NCBI GenBank assembly: GCA_964016885.1
Contig: OZ024742.1
Coordinates: 259,346,001-259,410,000 of the forward strand
DNA from: Eledone cirrhosa
Lineage: Eukaryota
Direction of reading: 5' to 3'
DNA: 64,000 bases
This document shows positions 47,013 to 62,536 of the stretch, piece by piece (positions within the stretch are counted from its first letter, which is position 1; every line of letters starts with the position of its first letter). The translations under genes were made by a program, and so were the position numbers. The notes beneath the pieces are model-generated. The model worked only from the letters and a program-made list of their open reading frames with translations, ran no database searches and was not told where the DNA came from.

Positions 47013-47415
47013 AAGAGGGTGTTTGCATTATTGCAAATGTACCGAATATTATTATTGATATTCGAAAAACTAAGATTACATATATATATATATATAACCA
47101 AAATTAAATTAAGGGTGTCATATCTGAGAGACATGCGCCATAACCTCCGTAGAATATGCTCAAAGATTCCAATGAATAGATCCGAGCATTTATATCAACT
47201 AGAAATCGATTGACATATATATATATATATATATATTTTTTTTTTTTAATAGAGGTGGAACACACGTGTTGTGATATATTAGTAAAAGGAAAAGATACTA
47301 AACTGAATACTAACCAATTCTTATTACTAATTTATACTTATTCCTAATTAAACTATTTTTCACTGGGAAAAATTTGTCAGCATTTTCTTTTCCTTTTACT
47401 AATATATATATATAT

Positions 47416-47720
47416 AAATAAACATATGAAACAATCACAGGGGATAATTTGTAAAGCGTGTAAGCACACACAGCTAGGTAGGTAACTAATTAAAGTTTAA
47501 CGAGAACTTCAAATATTTAAAATGATTAATCTCCTTTGTATATATTTCATTAAATAAAGAAACATATTTCACCATCAGTCGGTAAATCACAGTAGTCAAA
47601 TCCTGGATCGTCAGCAAAGGAGAAGATTTAACTCGTTAAACTTTAATTAGTTACCTACCTAGCTGTGTGTGCTTACACTCTTTACAAATTAACCCCTGTG
47701 ATTGTTTCATATGTTTATTT
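47416..47720. repeat. Fold-back element with arms of about 80 bp around an HHR
   Basis: 47416-47494 is inverted relative to 47632-47720; (TA)n on both sides. Confidence 0.9.
47531..47622 (-). ncRNA. Hammerhead in the spacer of a fold-back element
   Basis: CTCCTTTG-CTGACGA-TCCA...TGGT-GAAA-TATGTTTC...GAAATATA-TA-CAAAGGAG. Confidence 0.82.
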
Positions 47721-47751
<31 letters not shown>

Positions 47752-47766
47752 CAATCGATTTGTAGT

Positions 47767-47869
<103 letters not shown>

Positions 47870-48136
47870 GTAAAAAGCAAGTAAGCTGATCAGGAGGAGA
47901 GAAATCTGATTAGTTATGCAGATTACTAGCCAGTATAGAGAAGGTTAGTGTGCTCAATACATATAGGCTGCTAGTGTAGCGAGCCATACGATTAGATGGA
48001 AATGGAGACAGTTTAACAATCGTATAACAAGCAGAGCAATAAGTTATATTAAAATGCTGGAGAGAACAACAATATGAAAATATCGCCGCTGGTATATTGT
48101 ATGTATATATATAAGGGTATGTGTGTGTGTGTGTGT

Positions 48137-48262
<126 letters not shown>

Positions 48263-49199
48263 ATATATATATATATGTACGTATGCCTGTACCAATTTAT
48301 TTACATTATAAAACCCCCCAAGACGAATATATGTTGCTGAATGTCAATGTTTTTGTTCATTTAAATTAAAAGTAAAATGTATGAACTCTTATGTATAAAC
48401 AAAAATATGGAAAGATAACCCATGAATCCGTTATTTTTTGTCAAGTTTGAGTACCATTTAATACAATTCGTATTTAGCAATACCCAAAAATCGACATATT
48501 CTCGACTGAAGGACTACGCTTGTGATTTTGAAATCATTTTGCATAAAATCAAGACTTTGAAGGGATTTGTAATATGAGTAACTTTCTCATTACCTCGTTG
48601 GTGTTTAGTGCATAACCTAAAGATTATTATATAAAATATTGATGTAAAATAAACCCTTTAAAATATACAGCTTATTATCATAGAAACAGTGTCGGTATCA
48701 GGTTGCTTGGTATCAAGACTGTCAAGAATGAAATAACAGGAGTAAGGTATGTTCTTCTAGGAGAGTGCATGGGGGGAATGCACTTGATCGACGTTGGCTG
48801 CTGAGTTTACTATATTTCTTGGTTAGTGTAGTCGATTCAATGGCAGCCATTTATAGCATACCTTTATAGCTTTTGTCTACAACCATACATAAAAGTCTCA
48901 GATAAAAGTCGCCAGTTCTGTCCAATGTATCTTTATTTATAACTTGCTGATATAAACAGCCAATTCTTGTAGGGGTGTTTAGGAGCTGTCTGTACCGCAT
49001 TTCTATATGAAATTATCACACACATTTGTATGTGCCTGTATACCGACATGTATCACATGTTCTTTTATGAAACAGCAAATATATAATGTAGCAATGTAAG
49101 CTGATATGTTTCCTCGTCTAAAACCAATACTTGATTGGCACGAGGCCAGTATCTGTAGATTATTATAGGTGATTAAATCCACCTGTGTATTTTACCGGC

Positions 49200-49237
<38 letters not shown>

Positions 49238-49292
49238 GTGTGTATGTGTGTGTGTGTGTGTGTGTGCGTGCGTGTGTGTGTATGAATGTATG

Positions 49293-49352
<60 letters not shown>

Positions 49353-49357
49353 CATAT

Positions 49358-49388
<31 letters not shown>

Positions 49389-49452
49389 TATATATGTATG
49401 TATATATGTATATGTATATATATATATGTATATATGTATGTATATACATATG

Positions 49453-49514
<62 letters not shown>

Positions 49515-51538
49515 GAGAGTGAGTGAGAGAGCGAGAGAGAGAGAGAGGGGGAGAGGAACATACGTTATAAAGTTTTACATTATAATAATGAAATTCTGTT
49601 CGAAGACTCTTTTATGCCAAAAAGTTTTTAACCTTTCTCAACTCATTCAGTTATCTCATCAGAATAAATATATACTGCCCACCTCCCTTGCTTTTATAGC
49701 TAAACCCATTTCATAGAACAACTTGTAAAAAGCAAATTTCTATTTATACACAACTTACATTGACGTATCCGACAAAAATATATAGTTTGGCCATGTCATT
49801 TTAGTCATTATACTTTTTCTTCTTCTCTGGAGCAGAGCAAGAGACAATTATTATATTATGGTGAGTTATACAGCAAAGCTAAATGGCTCAGATTTTGTTA
49901 ATATTTGTTTAGGTTATCTAATGTTTGGATATTGCATAGGAAGAGATTTACAAACATTAGCACTCCTGCTTTAGAAATAAAACTATGTATGATGTTCCTG
50001 TACATAAAGGATTTTTATTTTACAAGGAGAGAAGAGAGGGAAAAAATGCTGCTCTTAGCTGCGAAGTTTGGTGAGCATTGTCCGTAACAAAATGAAGAAC
50101 GTGCGATAGAAATGATAGATGTTCATAGTTACGGTCGACTGAATTCAAACAAGGAATGTCTATTGAAACAACAATAATTAAAGGACGTACGTGCTGCTTT
50201 ACATCGTCTGGCTAATCTAAAGAAGAGACCGAAACATATATTGAAATTAATGTCTTCTCTACATATTCTGTTTCATTATCATTTGTTAAATAATATCCAA
50301 CAGCAAGATATTGTTGACGCATCCCTATATATTTACATTGAGTTGCAATCATATGGCTCTTTTCAAGACAATCACTGACCGGGCTAATGTTTATACGCAA
50401 GAGTTATTATATATGTTTCGACGGAGTTGAAAATATTAGTTAGTTCTACGTATATACGTATGTACATGGATGAATTACATATGCACACAGTGTGTGATGG
50501 TCATCCGTAGTTTCTTGCTACATTGTTCCTGTTATTCGAACAATAGAACTGCCTCCTCATGAAATTAAGGTGGACGTGACTGAGATTTCGACAGACACAT
50601 GCTTCATTAACGTAGTCCTTAGGCAGTTTCAGCCACTCAGTGTGTGGTATGGTTAACTATTAAAATTTGATGTACAACACACTTTCCACCAAATCTCTCT
50701 TTCTCTCGTATATATCTCCTATATCTTTCCCATCTCCCTCCCATCTCTCCCCCTTCTCTCCCCCATCGCTCTTTCCCATCTCTTTCTTTCTCATCTCTCT
50801 CTCCCATCTCTCTACCATGCATCTCTCTCCCTCCCACCGTTCATCATAATCTTATGTAAGAACCTTTGTTTAATTCTGCTCAAAAAACAACTTGAAAATG
50901 AGATATACATTACTAAATCCCTGAAATTATTGACTATTTTCAAAATCATTTGAAACACCGTGTCTCCCATAGAAAAATAGTAGCAAAAGAGTTAATCGGA
51001 GCAGACTTATGATCAGTCATGATCATACTGTCTTTTAAGGAATGTCTCGGTTTACATTATTTAATGTGTACTTCGGAATTTTTAAGACTATACACTATGA
51101 TTTGATTCAGATTTTGGCTGGTATTTATAGCCTGGAGTTCACTAGTAAACGTTCCTTCGTCTGTTAGTAGTAGTTGTTGTAGTAGTAGGTGGTGGTAGGT
51201 TTGGTGAGGGTTGTGTGAATTTATCTGTAGTGTTGAAGATGTTACTGATTATAGACTCGCCAAAACGCTTCCAAAGAAAATTTGGCCAAAATAAAAAAAC
51301 AAAGTTTGGCGACCAATTTCTTTGACAACAGAGGACTTGAGCAGCTGTGTAAAGAAATATTAGATCGTCTGTGTTAATGGAGATTATGTACTGTCGGCCG
51401 CTTCTCAAAAGGTTTGTAAATATTGAGAATACATAAATGTCTCCACATTGTGCCAATACATATATTTGTATATGTTATAAATATATTTACGTGTGTGTAT
51501 CTGCTGTCTATTTTGCTTAGTGTTTCTGTGTGTGTGTA

Positions 51539-51636
<98 letters not shown>

Positions 51637-51643
51637 TGTGTGT

Positions 51644-51685
<42 letters not shown>

Positions 51686-51942
51686 ATGTAAGTACTTGTT
51701 CGTCAAATATATTTTGTGTATATATAAAATCAGATGTGTGCATATATGTAATCATATAAACCAGAGAAACAAAAACATAAAGGTGAATAGGTAGCCTGTG
51801 ATTATAAAGATAATTTTGCGAGCATGTTGTCCTGAGTTCAAGCTCACTGCGAGATAAATTCGGCATATTTCTTCTTGTCTTAAGTTAACTGAAACCTTTT
51901 CAGCTAAGTTCGCTTGACAGAAACTATACATAATTCCACTAC

Positions 51943-52035
<93 letters not shown>

Positions 52036-52036
<1 letters not shown>

Positions 52037-52200
52037 CTATATATATAAAACTGATGTTGTCTGTGTGTGTGTGTCCTCATTTTTGCAAAGTATATACAAA
52101 TCCACATTTCTACTCCGATTGACTTCAAACTTGCATTTATATATTCCTTGCGGGCTAAAGATATTAACTACAGCTTTTATTTTTCAATTTTCTGTTGTTA
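52036..52200 (+). mobile_element. Helitron-like 5' fragment (a similar one starts at 52501)
   Basis: A|TCTATATATATAAAACTG start, short GT run, then CCGATTGACTTCAAACTT; no 3' end found. Confidence 0.45.
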
Positions 52201-52562
52201 AATGGGTGTTAGGCGCCGGTTATCCATCTCCGTCGCGCTGTTATAATATCTGTCTGAATGCCTGCCTGTCTGCATTAGGACATTCTGACGAACATTGATG
52301 ACGTATTATGTTCGGTATTTTCCATTCATTGCCAGGGAACGTCTTCACGAACCAAAGTATCGTCTTCCTGTTTTCCTTCGGTTGCAACGTTTTTCGAAAT
52401 ATTTACTTCTGCGTTCACAGATTAATGTTTTTAGTTTCAGAAGATGCCGTCAATGGTGAAAGCAACGATTCTTTGCTTAAACTTTAATCTGTTATTTTAA
52501 TCTATATATGTATATATATATATATATATATAAAACTGAAGAAGGATGTATGTATGTGTGTA

Positions 52563-52664
<102 letters not shown>

Positions 52665-52897
52665 CCGAGAAGTACCCAACCGATCTTTTTCAAATTTACA
52701 TGTGTATTACTTATATTTCAGTGAGTGTTATGCACATAAAAAAATTCAACGTTTTGATCCCCGCATTAGGTGAAAAACTGCGTTTTTTCCAGCTTTTTAG
52801 GGGTTTTTTTAGGCGTTACGTCACACCGATTTCCTTGAAATTGTAACTATGTATTCGTCAGTCTCTTCTTCATACCGTGAGCAAAGAAAATCCAACT

Positions 52898-52971
52898 TAA
52901 TTTTGAGATAGAGTGTCCGTGCTGTTTGCTCTGATCAGAGCAAACAGCACGGACACTCTATCTCAAAATTA
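52898..52971. repeat. Perfect 74-bp spacerless palindrome
   Basis: 37-nt arms centred on CTGA|TCAG. Confidence 0.95.
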
Positions 52972-53126
52972 TTTTTGAAAAGCATTTAGAAATGCGCAAC
53001 CGGTAAAAACTTAAAAACTTAAAACCACAACTGAATACTAACCCATACAATCACTAATACTATTTTATTCCTAATTAAACCATTTTTCAACTGTGAACAA
53101 TTTGTCAGCATTTTCTATTCCGTTTA

Positions 53127-53174
<48 letters not shown>

Positions 53175-53779
53175 CATAAATTATCGAGATTCGCATTTCG
53201 GCCCACGAAATAACGAAAAACAACCTCCGAGATGTGAGGCAAGTGCTCAATGATTCAGATGAACCAGAGCTATAACAAACGTTAAAGGCCAAACACACTG
53301 AGACGATGGTTAAACAGTTATTCGCATAGCCAAAAAAAACGATCAAGTAATTCGGGTATTGAAAATTTACCCGGACCCCTGGAAGGTTGGTAAAATCCAG
53401 TATTTGGGTTTCTGCGGCTCCTAAATCAAGTACCGTCCGCTTACATAAAAAATGTCAGGCTTCTGGTAAGATGATTGAACAAGGAAGCCACTTTCTCAAC
53501 AGGTTTTAGTTCAATGTTAATACAAGGACTGACTATTGCTGACTCCACGTGAGGATGGATCGGCAAGGGAAGCAGCCCCTATGTCAGGCGAATAAATGCA
53601 GTTGTGTATATTTTGCAAGAATGCAAAAACATCACAAATCGAATAGAGTTCTCAACAGAAGAGTTAAAGTTATATATATATATATATATGCGATGCTGTC
53701 GAATACTTTTGTAACAGACGCAGTCTTTATTCGATATATTTGTCCCAGTAAGGTGTTCAGTTTGACTAGAATGACATTC

Positions 53780-54040
53780 TACTCTAAAGTCTTCACCTTT
53801 TTTATCCTTGACCTTCTATATGCCGATGATTGCGACCAAATAAATCATACTGAGGAGGGCTTGCAAAGCTTGTAATGTGTTCGGGCTTATGTTTAATTTG
53901 AAAAAAGTATGGTAATGCATTAACCTGCTCCTGGGGAGCAGACAACTGCACTTCAAATCCTCGTTTAGGGCACAATGGTAAGGACGTTGACCTCCTTTGA
54001 ATAAAGGCTGTCGGCAAATTGGATACTGCAATCACATATC
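53780..54040 (+). pseudogene. Degenerate non-LTR RT remnant
   Basis: DLLYADDC...HTEEGLQSL (RT motif C) followed by stops. Confidence 0.6.
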
Positions 54041-54124
54041 CTATAAAAAAAGCAGCAAAAGGATTATAAATTTATAGAATAATCACGTATATATAAGAAT
54101 TGTGAATGAGCAAAATCATTAGAG

Positions 54125-54320
54125 CATTGGCCAAATCAACTTGCGATTATATGCCTTTTCTTTACATCCTGCGTTCGAAATACCCCGATGTTAGCTTTGA
54201 CTTACATCATTCAGAGACGAGGTCGATAAAATAATGTACAAATCAATTACTGGAGTCAATTTAATCGCCCTACTCTTCTCCATCTCGAAATCGCGGGCCA
54301 TGTACCTAAATTAGAAGCCA
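54125..54320 (+). mobile_element. Diverged S1-type SINE
   Basis: CGTTCGAAATACC...GGTCGATAAAATAATGTAC...CTGGAGTCAATTTAATCG...GGCCATGTACCTAAATTAGAA. Confidence 0.55.
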
Positions 54321-54962
54321 GTTTAATGTAATATGCATCAGAATGTCCTTTAACTAATATAAAAATTTGTAAACGACTTAATATGACAACGTGTGATAAA
54401 ACGCAATTTTTCCTCCAGATCTACATTATTAGTTGGTGTTTTTTTTATGTTCTTTTACAGAACATTATTAATGTTTTTCAGGACAACAAACGTAAAATCA
54501 TTTTATACAAATCTACAGGCTACTTGGTCATTTACAAGTACTAAATTTAAGAAATGACAACTCTGTAAATTTGAGTTTTATTCAGCTTAACTTAAATTTG
54601 CACTCTTCAGTAATCTAAAGTGTTTTTAACATCAATATAGCAATTAGCGTATTTACACATTTCAAAATAGCAAAATATTGACAAAGAAATATATCTTGGA
54701 AATATCTTTAGTGCTAAAGGAATCTATGAATCTGAGGCTTATCTGTAATAATCGCGAACATTTTCGTAATACTAAGAATCCTTTATCAACAAAACATGCT
54801 GATAAAGCTTTAAAAATGTTGAGATATAGCATTACAACATACATGAGGGCAGATTAACAATGTTATTGCATTTGAAACGAAAAGCAATTCGTTGTTTAAC
54901 AGCATCACCGAACTTATATATAGATATAGATATACATACATATATATATATACGTATATATA

Positions 54963-55264
54963 CAATGATATTAAATAAATGGAAACTATATTTATAAAAC
55001 CATATTTATTTTATTATATATATTTCAAGGGTACCAAAAGACTTTGGTACCCTTTCTTCAGATAAAATACAAGTTTGTTTTATAAATAGAGACATACCCA
55101 GGAAAATCATACCTTATGATTTTCCTGGGTATGTCTCTATTTATAAAACAAACTTTGTATTTTATGTGAAGAAAGCGTACCAAAGTCTTTTGGTACCCTT
55201 GAAATATATATAATAAAATAAATATGGTTTTATAAATATAGTTTCCATTTATTTAATATCATTG
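54963..55264. repeat. About 300-bp near-perfect fold-back element
   Basis: Centre GGAAAATCATA-CCT-TATGATTTTCC; HHR in both arms. Confidence 0.92.
55007..55069 (-). ncRNA. Type I hammerhead, minimal palindromic stem III
   Basis: TATTTTAT-CTGAAGA-AAGGGTACCAAA-GTCT-TTTGGTACCCTT-GAAA-TATATATA-ATAAAATA; the mirror copy at 55158-55220 has C3G. Confidence 0.88.
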
Positions 55265-55395
55265 AATATTTACTCCAGGAATTTTTTGAGTTCTCTAAAT
55301 CAGTTATAAACATTTATATTTACATTTGTAGGATTTCCAACAAATTAAATACCCCTCTACTTATAAATATATATATATATATATATATATAGACG

Positions 55396-55439
<44 letters not shown>

Positions 55440-56200
55440 CATAGTGTTACATTGTTCATTGTGTATATATCAAATGGAATACAAAGGCATGAATAATCAG
55501 TATACTTGATACTAGATATTACAATAGTGTTAAAAACAAGGAATATGTAACCCGCACTCGCGAATATCAACTCTCACTGATGAGAGAGACACTAGAAGCA
55601 AAGACCTCCGCAACAACAAAGATAAAAATAAACATGAAACACATTAGTAACAAGAACAACAACAATACCAATAACAACAGTAGAAAATGTTACTATGTTA
55701 CATCCCTTCACATTATAGAAGGCCTTGGAGACATGTATGTGAGCAAACTGGTACAAGGGAATGCAGTTGAATAAAGAGGTCTCTGGTAGGAGTAAAATCA
55801 CTTTCCTTTCATCGTTCTGCCGCTTTCAATGAAAATCATATTTACATGTTGGTAAAAGGTTCTCTTATATGGCCTTAGAGATAATTCTCTCATCAGATAA
55901 AAGAGAACTTGACCACATCTGATGCCATGTAGCTTAGAGCCATTTTCAAATCAGGTTTCCAAATCTAATTTTTCAATTTGTTCTTCAGCGTGATTCGGAT
56001 GTCAGTTTTTGAAGGTAGACTTAAGTTATGTAGTTAAGGAATCAATAAGTGTGCACCACTACGTGGTAAACATATTGTTGATTTACTCAATTCTCTTGAC
56101 ACACATGCACACACGCACACACAGACACACAGACACAGACTCACACACACACACATACACGCACACACACATATATATATATGCATATACAAATATATAT

Positions 56201-56687
<487 letters not shown>

Positions 56688-57004
56688 GATCTGTTTCAAC
56701 ACACTGATATGTAATGTAATTTTTCCATACATAGCCCTTATCCAAATCATATTAGCATAACATTGTCAAAATTACACCACAGTAAATTTATTGGCCAATA
56801 AATTAAAACTTCATATATAGACTTATATGTATACATATATAGTATGAATATATATATTTATAAACACACACGCACACACACACACACACACACAGACACA
56901 CACAGACACACACACACATACACACACACTCACACACACTCACACACGCACACAGATATATATATATAATTTCTCATTCTTTCTTCTTATGAAGGACTAG
57001 CGTC

Positions 57005-57067
<63 letters not shown>

Positions 57068-57863
57068 CTGCAATAGAACTAAAACAACGTTCATCCTTTC
57101 ATAATGTCAAATATACAATGTTTGCGATTAGTGAACACACATTATCTCACTGTGAATAATTTAAGCTGTGATTATATAAACACTATCTTGTTATCGGTGG
57201 AAGAGTGTTGTATTCAGTTAATTAAAATGTGTTAATCCTCATCAGCCGTCGCACATATAATATAACATTTGGACTTTTGTCAGAAGAGAACGCGTAGCGC
57301 AGCTGTTACACAACTGCCATTCGTCTTTGAAATACGTATAATAAAATAAATAGGGATGTACAAATGAACCCGTCTTTCTTTTTTATTATGATAGTAAAAT
57401 ATCGGACGAACAAAAATCGCATCTGTAAAGAAATATTCGACAGATCTTTAATCAACCAACTTTCTTCAATTGAATAAATATATATATATATAATATTAAG
57501 GATACTATTTATGGTTATGTATATACTAAAACTTTTTATAGTTATATATATTTTAAACCCTAAACAGTGAACGTCAGTAATTTATTACTACCTTATTACC
57601 AGTAAGATAAATAGCTCAATGTAATAACACAGTTGTTCTTCTCAAACCATAACCTCCTTAATAAAAACCGGAAGTGTTTGCGTCGTGCCAGCACCGCTTC
57701 CGACACTCCTTCCAAAACTTTAAACCCAATATATAACAATGTCAGACTTGAACCCATCACCACTTCTTACACTACACCTTACAGCACAACTCCACACTCT
57801 CTGATCCACCCTATCTCAACACAAATCATTCCATCTGTCTATAACTTTATACTCTAGAAATAT

Positions 57864-57958
57864 CCCCATGGGCACCTACTTTTGGTGTAACTACTTTCAA
57901 CTGCTTATAATTGTATAGCAGTTGAGGGTGGTTATACTAGGGGTGGGTGTTCATGGGG
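57864..57958 (+). other. 42-bp strand-specific hairpin (31 Watson-Crick + 11 G-U pairs)
   Basis: 57864-57905 pairs with 57917-57958 without bulge or mismatch when G-U is allowed. Confidence 0.85.
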
Positions 57959-59381
57959 TATCACTTATAATTATACAATGCAGTCTATGTAAGCTTTAAA
58001 CACCAGATTCGACAATGAATTATCTATTCAAATGTATTTGTATGTATGGAATGATAACATTGGATATATATAAGATTAATTTATTAACATAAGAGATCTG
58101 TATAACCTATATGTTGAGTGAATTGAATTGAATTGAAGTATGTATGAATGGTAAGTGAGTTATATATGCAGGCACAACTTGATGGATAGATTAATGACAT
58201 TGTAAATGAGAGATGTTTTTGTCTGCCATAGAGTTGTATTTGGCTTTGCCATGCAAACAGCCATACGCTGCTCCAGAACTTACCAGGGGTTATGTAGACA
58301 TAATACTAATAAGTCCACTGACATGTTCTGCGAGTAGACTACATTTGCAGAGAACTTTGATATAAAGATGTGGCTCTTTATATGGAATATTCAGTTGTAG
58401 CACTCTATGATAGGGAGTAATCATCCTAATTTAAATACCTCTAGTACATCATGATAGAGTAGACTGGGTTTAAAATTGGAAACTGAATATAAATATATAA
58501 CCGTCTATATAAGGGACTCAATTGAGACCCCTTATAATGTAAGTTAGAACAGTAATTTAGTTATGGAATTCAGCTAGTTACCCCCCCCCCCCCCCTTACG
58601 CATTAACCCCCCTTAATTACACACATACTTCCGGATAATAAACCGATGTAAATTCTCGCAGCAGAAACAACCTACCCTATAAAATTGGATTAAAGAACAC
58701 TGAGCCGCAATAAGCTAAAATAATTTAATTTAATGCATCAAACATCCAATACTGAACCATCGTTAATTATGTGATGGATGTATAAACTATATATTACATT
58801 TCCTAAATGTGAAAATGGTGGTGGATACGAAAACCATAACTCTCTTTTGCTTCTCCTTGCTATTTCTATTTTTCTGCACAAATACTTTCTTATTATATAC
58901 AAAAAAATACCTTAACACTGCAACCACCATAATACTCTTACTTACCCACGTAAAGTATTACATGTAACACCCTGCCACACAATAATCATATATGAATGAG
59001 ACACACGTAACTAACGCATACAATAACTACTACATCTGACTAACAAACTATCCTCTTGCATTATCTATGTTAACTGCCGAATGTATTTTAAATTTGTTTT
59101 AATTTTGTTTTAATTTTGGTTTAATTTTGATATTGATTTTGACTGTACATCAATATATACATATGTATCTGTATGTCTCTTGCGTTGGAAAGGAGGTCAA
59201 TCACGTGTACAAACATTGAAAAATGCTCCGAAGACTTTAAGCCTAGGTTTGGATGAAACAATTGTAAGTGAATAAATGCTTTGAACATAGCTTTGATTCT
59301 TGTGAATTCTATATATATATATATATATATATATTCCCTTTTTCGGATTATAATACTGTGAGAGCCCTGGTTTTCTGTTGA

Positions 59382-59462
59382 GCTCTGCTGATGAATGAAA
59401 TCCAACCGTGACCATCTCCACTGAAAGTTTTCATGAAATAGTCTTTTAAGACTATACAGAGC
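59382..59462 (+). ncRNA. Type I hammerhead ribozyme, canonical core
   Basis: Stem I GCTCTG/CAGAGC; CTGATGA; stem II ATGAAA/TTTCAT; GAAA; stem III ATAGTCT/AGACTAT; AUA site, predicted cut after 59456. Confidence 0.88.
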
Positions 59463-59712
59463 ATTTGATGTTATTCCAAATTGAAGGATAAGTGTTTTAA
59501 ACTTTATTTTATCATGAGTTAAAGGTCTATTGATTTTTCCCTGGATTGCACTAAATTCTGTGGATGAATTTGTATCCTGATTCTCTTTTGAGATGAGTTT
59601 GAATTATTTTTGCTAAATCTTACGTTAACTACTTTTCCCATCTTGACGTTATAGTCGCATATATGTTATAGAATGCTGTTAGCTTCTCGCTAAAACAATC
59701 TCTATATCTCTC

Positions 59713-59760
<48 letters not shown>

Positions 59761-59953
59761 CCACAACAGTTAGTTCACCATACCGAGAACAAATGTTTCA
59801 CTTTATGCGGGTGATGAGCACGGCAAACATTCATATATATATATATGATAGGTATGGATATGACCGGGTATATATTTGGGTAAACGAAAGCAACAAACGC
59901 AAGCCAACCAAAACCGACCACACGAAATACATTTGCTCAGCTACAAAAACATT

Positions 59954-60001
<48 letters not shown>

Positions 60002-60065
60002 TGTGTGTGTGTCTCTGTGTGTGTGTGTGGGGGGGGGGGGGTGTTTGTGTGTGTTTGTATGTGTT

Positions 60066-60096
<31 letters not shown>

Positions 60097-60350
60097 GTGA
60101 GAGAGTGGGGGGTGCGAGCATGTATAGAGAGGAAGAAGAGAGAACGTGGATATAGGAGAAAATATGAAAGACCATAGTAATACTAAAACAAATGTACACG
60201 ATATAACTCATATGACACACACACGCCACATGCATTCAGACGCATGCCTATACACAAATCCATGGTTAGTCATACTACAAATAAAAACATTGAAAATTCT
60301 GTCCTGTGTGGCTTTGTTTCGTTGTCTTAAAGTTATTACAGGAATATATA

Positions 60351-60602
60351 TATAAAATAACAGGAGGCTGGACTGGTGTAATTCCTTAAAGGTTTATTAT
60401 ACTATGAATATTTCAATGACCGGATCAGTATGAATCCGGTGACATCATCAGGTATTCGAAAAGGCAGAGAGACAAGAAGGCGGACAAACATTTAGCAGTT
60501 TCTAGTCCGGTCGGCCGGCGTCCGCCTTCGAGTCGTTGAAATCTTCATAGTATAATAAAGGTTTTAAGGAATTACACCAGTCCAGCCTCCTGTTATTTTA
60601 TA
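60351..60602. repeat. Fold-back element with an HHR-like motif at 60399-60455 (-)
   Basis: Inverted arms; ATAC-CTGATGA-T...ACCGGAT/ATCCGGT...T-GAAA-TATTCATA-GTAT; related sequence at about 38050-38240. Confidence 0.8.
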
Positions 60603-60745
60603 ATAAACTCCGTACTCGCACCACCAACAACACAAACGAAGACGGGTGAGTTGCATTACGTCGAGTGCTCTCCCTAATATTACATCAAGGTTGACTATAC
60701 GGAATGACCAGTTCTATCCAGTGGTGAACCAACATACCTAAATGA

Positions 60746-60866
<121 letters not shown>

Positions 60867-61491
60867 GTGTGTGTGCGCGAAACGTGAACGGAGTCAAAAA
60901 AAGCAAACAATAACGTGGGCCTCGCGGAGGCTCCTTCAGAATGCACTTCTCTGTAGCATGCTTAGCCACTTATATGAATAGGGTGTAGCATTGATCGAAT
61001 AACTAGAACACTCAAGCCGACGGAGTTTCAGATAAAAAAGAACGATGAGAGATAGATGCTTAATATTTTTTGTTTTTCATTGTTCTGCATGTTTTTTTCT
61101 TTTTCCTATCTTCTTCGCTTATTTATTCTTTTGTTTACATTGTGTTGTTTGTTTCATAACGAATAGGCTTCATCCGAGAATATTGAACACACGTGTTCGA
61201 TCGTTTAGTTTGCATGACTGATCCGAAAACTTATTTATTTTCCGCCTTTTCAAATAATTTGACGAATTCTTTCTTTCTTCCTTGTCGTTTCGCTTTATTC
61301 CAACTTTTATATTATTTCAGTCTAAGTTATTGACCTGCGGGCTTTTTGTCACATCACATGTTCACTCAAGCAGCTTCCTGTTACGCTTGCTTAGCTAACT
61401 TGCGCAGATGCCATAGCCAGAACTGAAAATAGTATATAAAACACATACTATAAAACACATACTATACGCAAAAACAGACAAGCACTCTCAG

Positions 61492-61536
<45 letters not shown>

Positions 61537-61756
61537 TAGATATATACAATATACATAACTCTCTCTATATATATATATATATTTATACATATACATATAC
61601 GTATGAATATCTCTCTCTCCTGTATATATATATATATACATATATATATACAGAGAGAGAGAGAGAGGGGGGAGAGAGAGATATTTATACGTATATGCAT
61701 ATGTATAAATATATATATATAGAGAGAGAGAGAGATTTATGTATATTGTATATATC

Positions 61757-61895
<139 letters not shown>

Positions 61896-62030
61896 AAAGA
61901 TTCAGGACCCCGACGGCTGAGCTTCAGCCGTTTCGATAGCTATGGCTGAACTATACTACCCCAAGTATCGTATACTTACTTTGGTGGATTATGGTGCACT
62001 TGGTATTTTACCTCAGCCTTTCTGATATAC

Positions 62031-62123
<93 letters not shown>

Positions 62124-62133
62124 AACCAGTAAG

Positions 62134-62227
62134 ACCCCGACAGCTGAGCTCAAGCCGTTTCGACGGCTAATTCTGGACTAAATGAACATTTATCCTGGTA
62201 TTTAAATAGCCGATCTTCTCAAGGGGT
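62134..62227 (-). ncRNA. Hammerhead, U3-A8 variant, in the inverted pLTR upstream of the RT ORF
   Basis: ACCCC-TTGAGAA-GA(T)CGGCTA...TAGCCGTC-GAAA-CGGCT-TGAGCTC-AGCTG-TC-GGGGT. Confidence 0.82.
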
Positions 62228-62536
62228 AATTCCATATATGGTCAAAGTGATTGTCAAAAATCAGTAGTAATTCTGTGGTTGCAAATTAGTAGGGGAGATG
62301 GTGGCTAAACCTGCCAGTAGGAGAAAGAGGGGAGGGGGTGGAGTAGACCCAATCAAGCGTTGGTAGTGCCAGCTACAGCTGGGCATGAGGTCAAAGAAGA
62401 TACAGGGGAGGGGGAGGGGGAGGAAGTCGGAACGGTAGGTAGAACAATGGGGGGTAGAAATAGGAAAGAAAAAATACTGAGAGTGAAGAAAAGCATCCAG
62501 ACTTTTCCGCTAAGCTCAATTCATTTCACCCGCACC

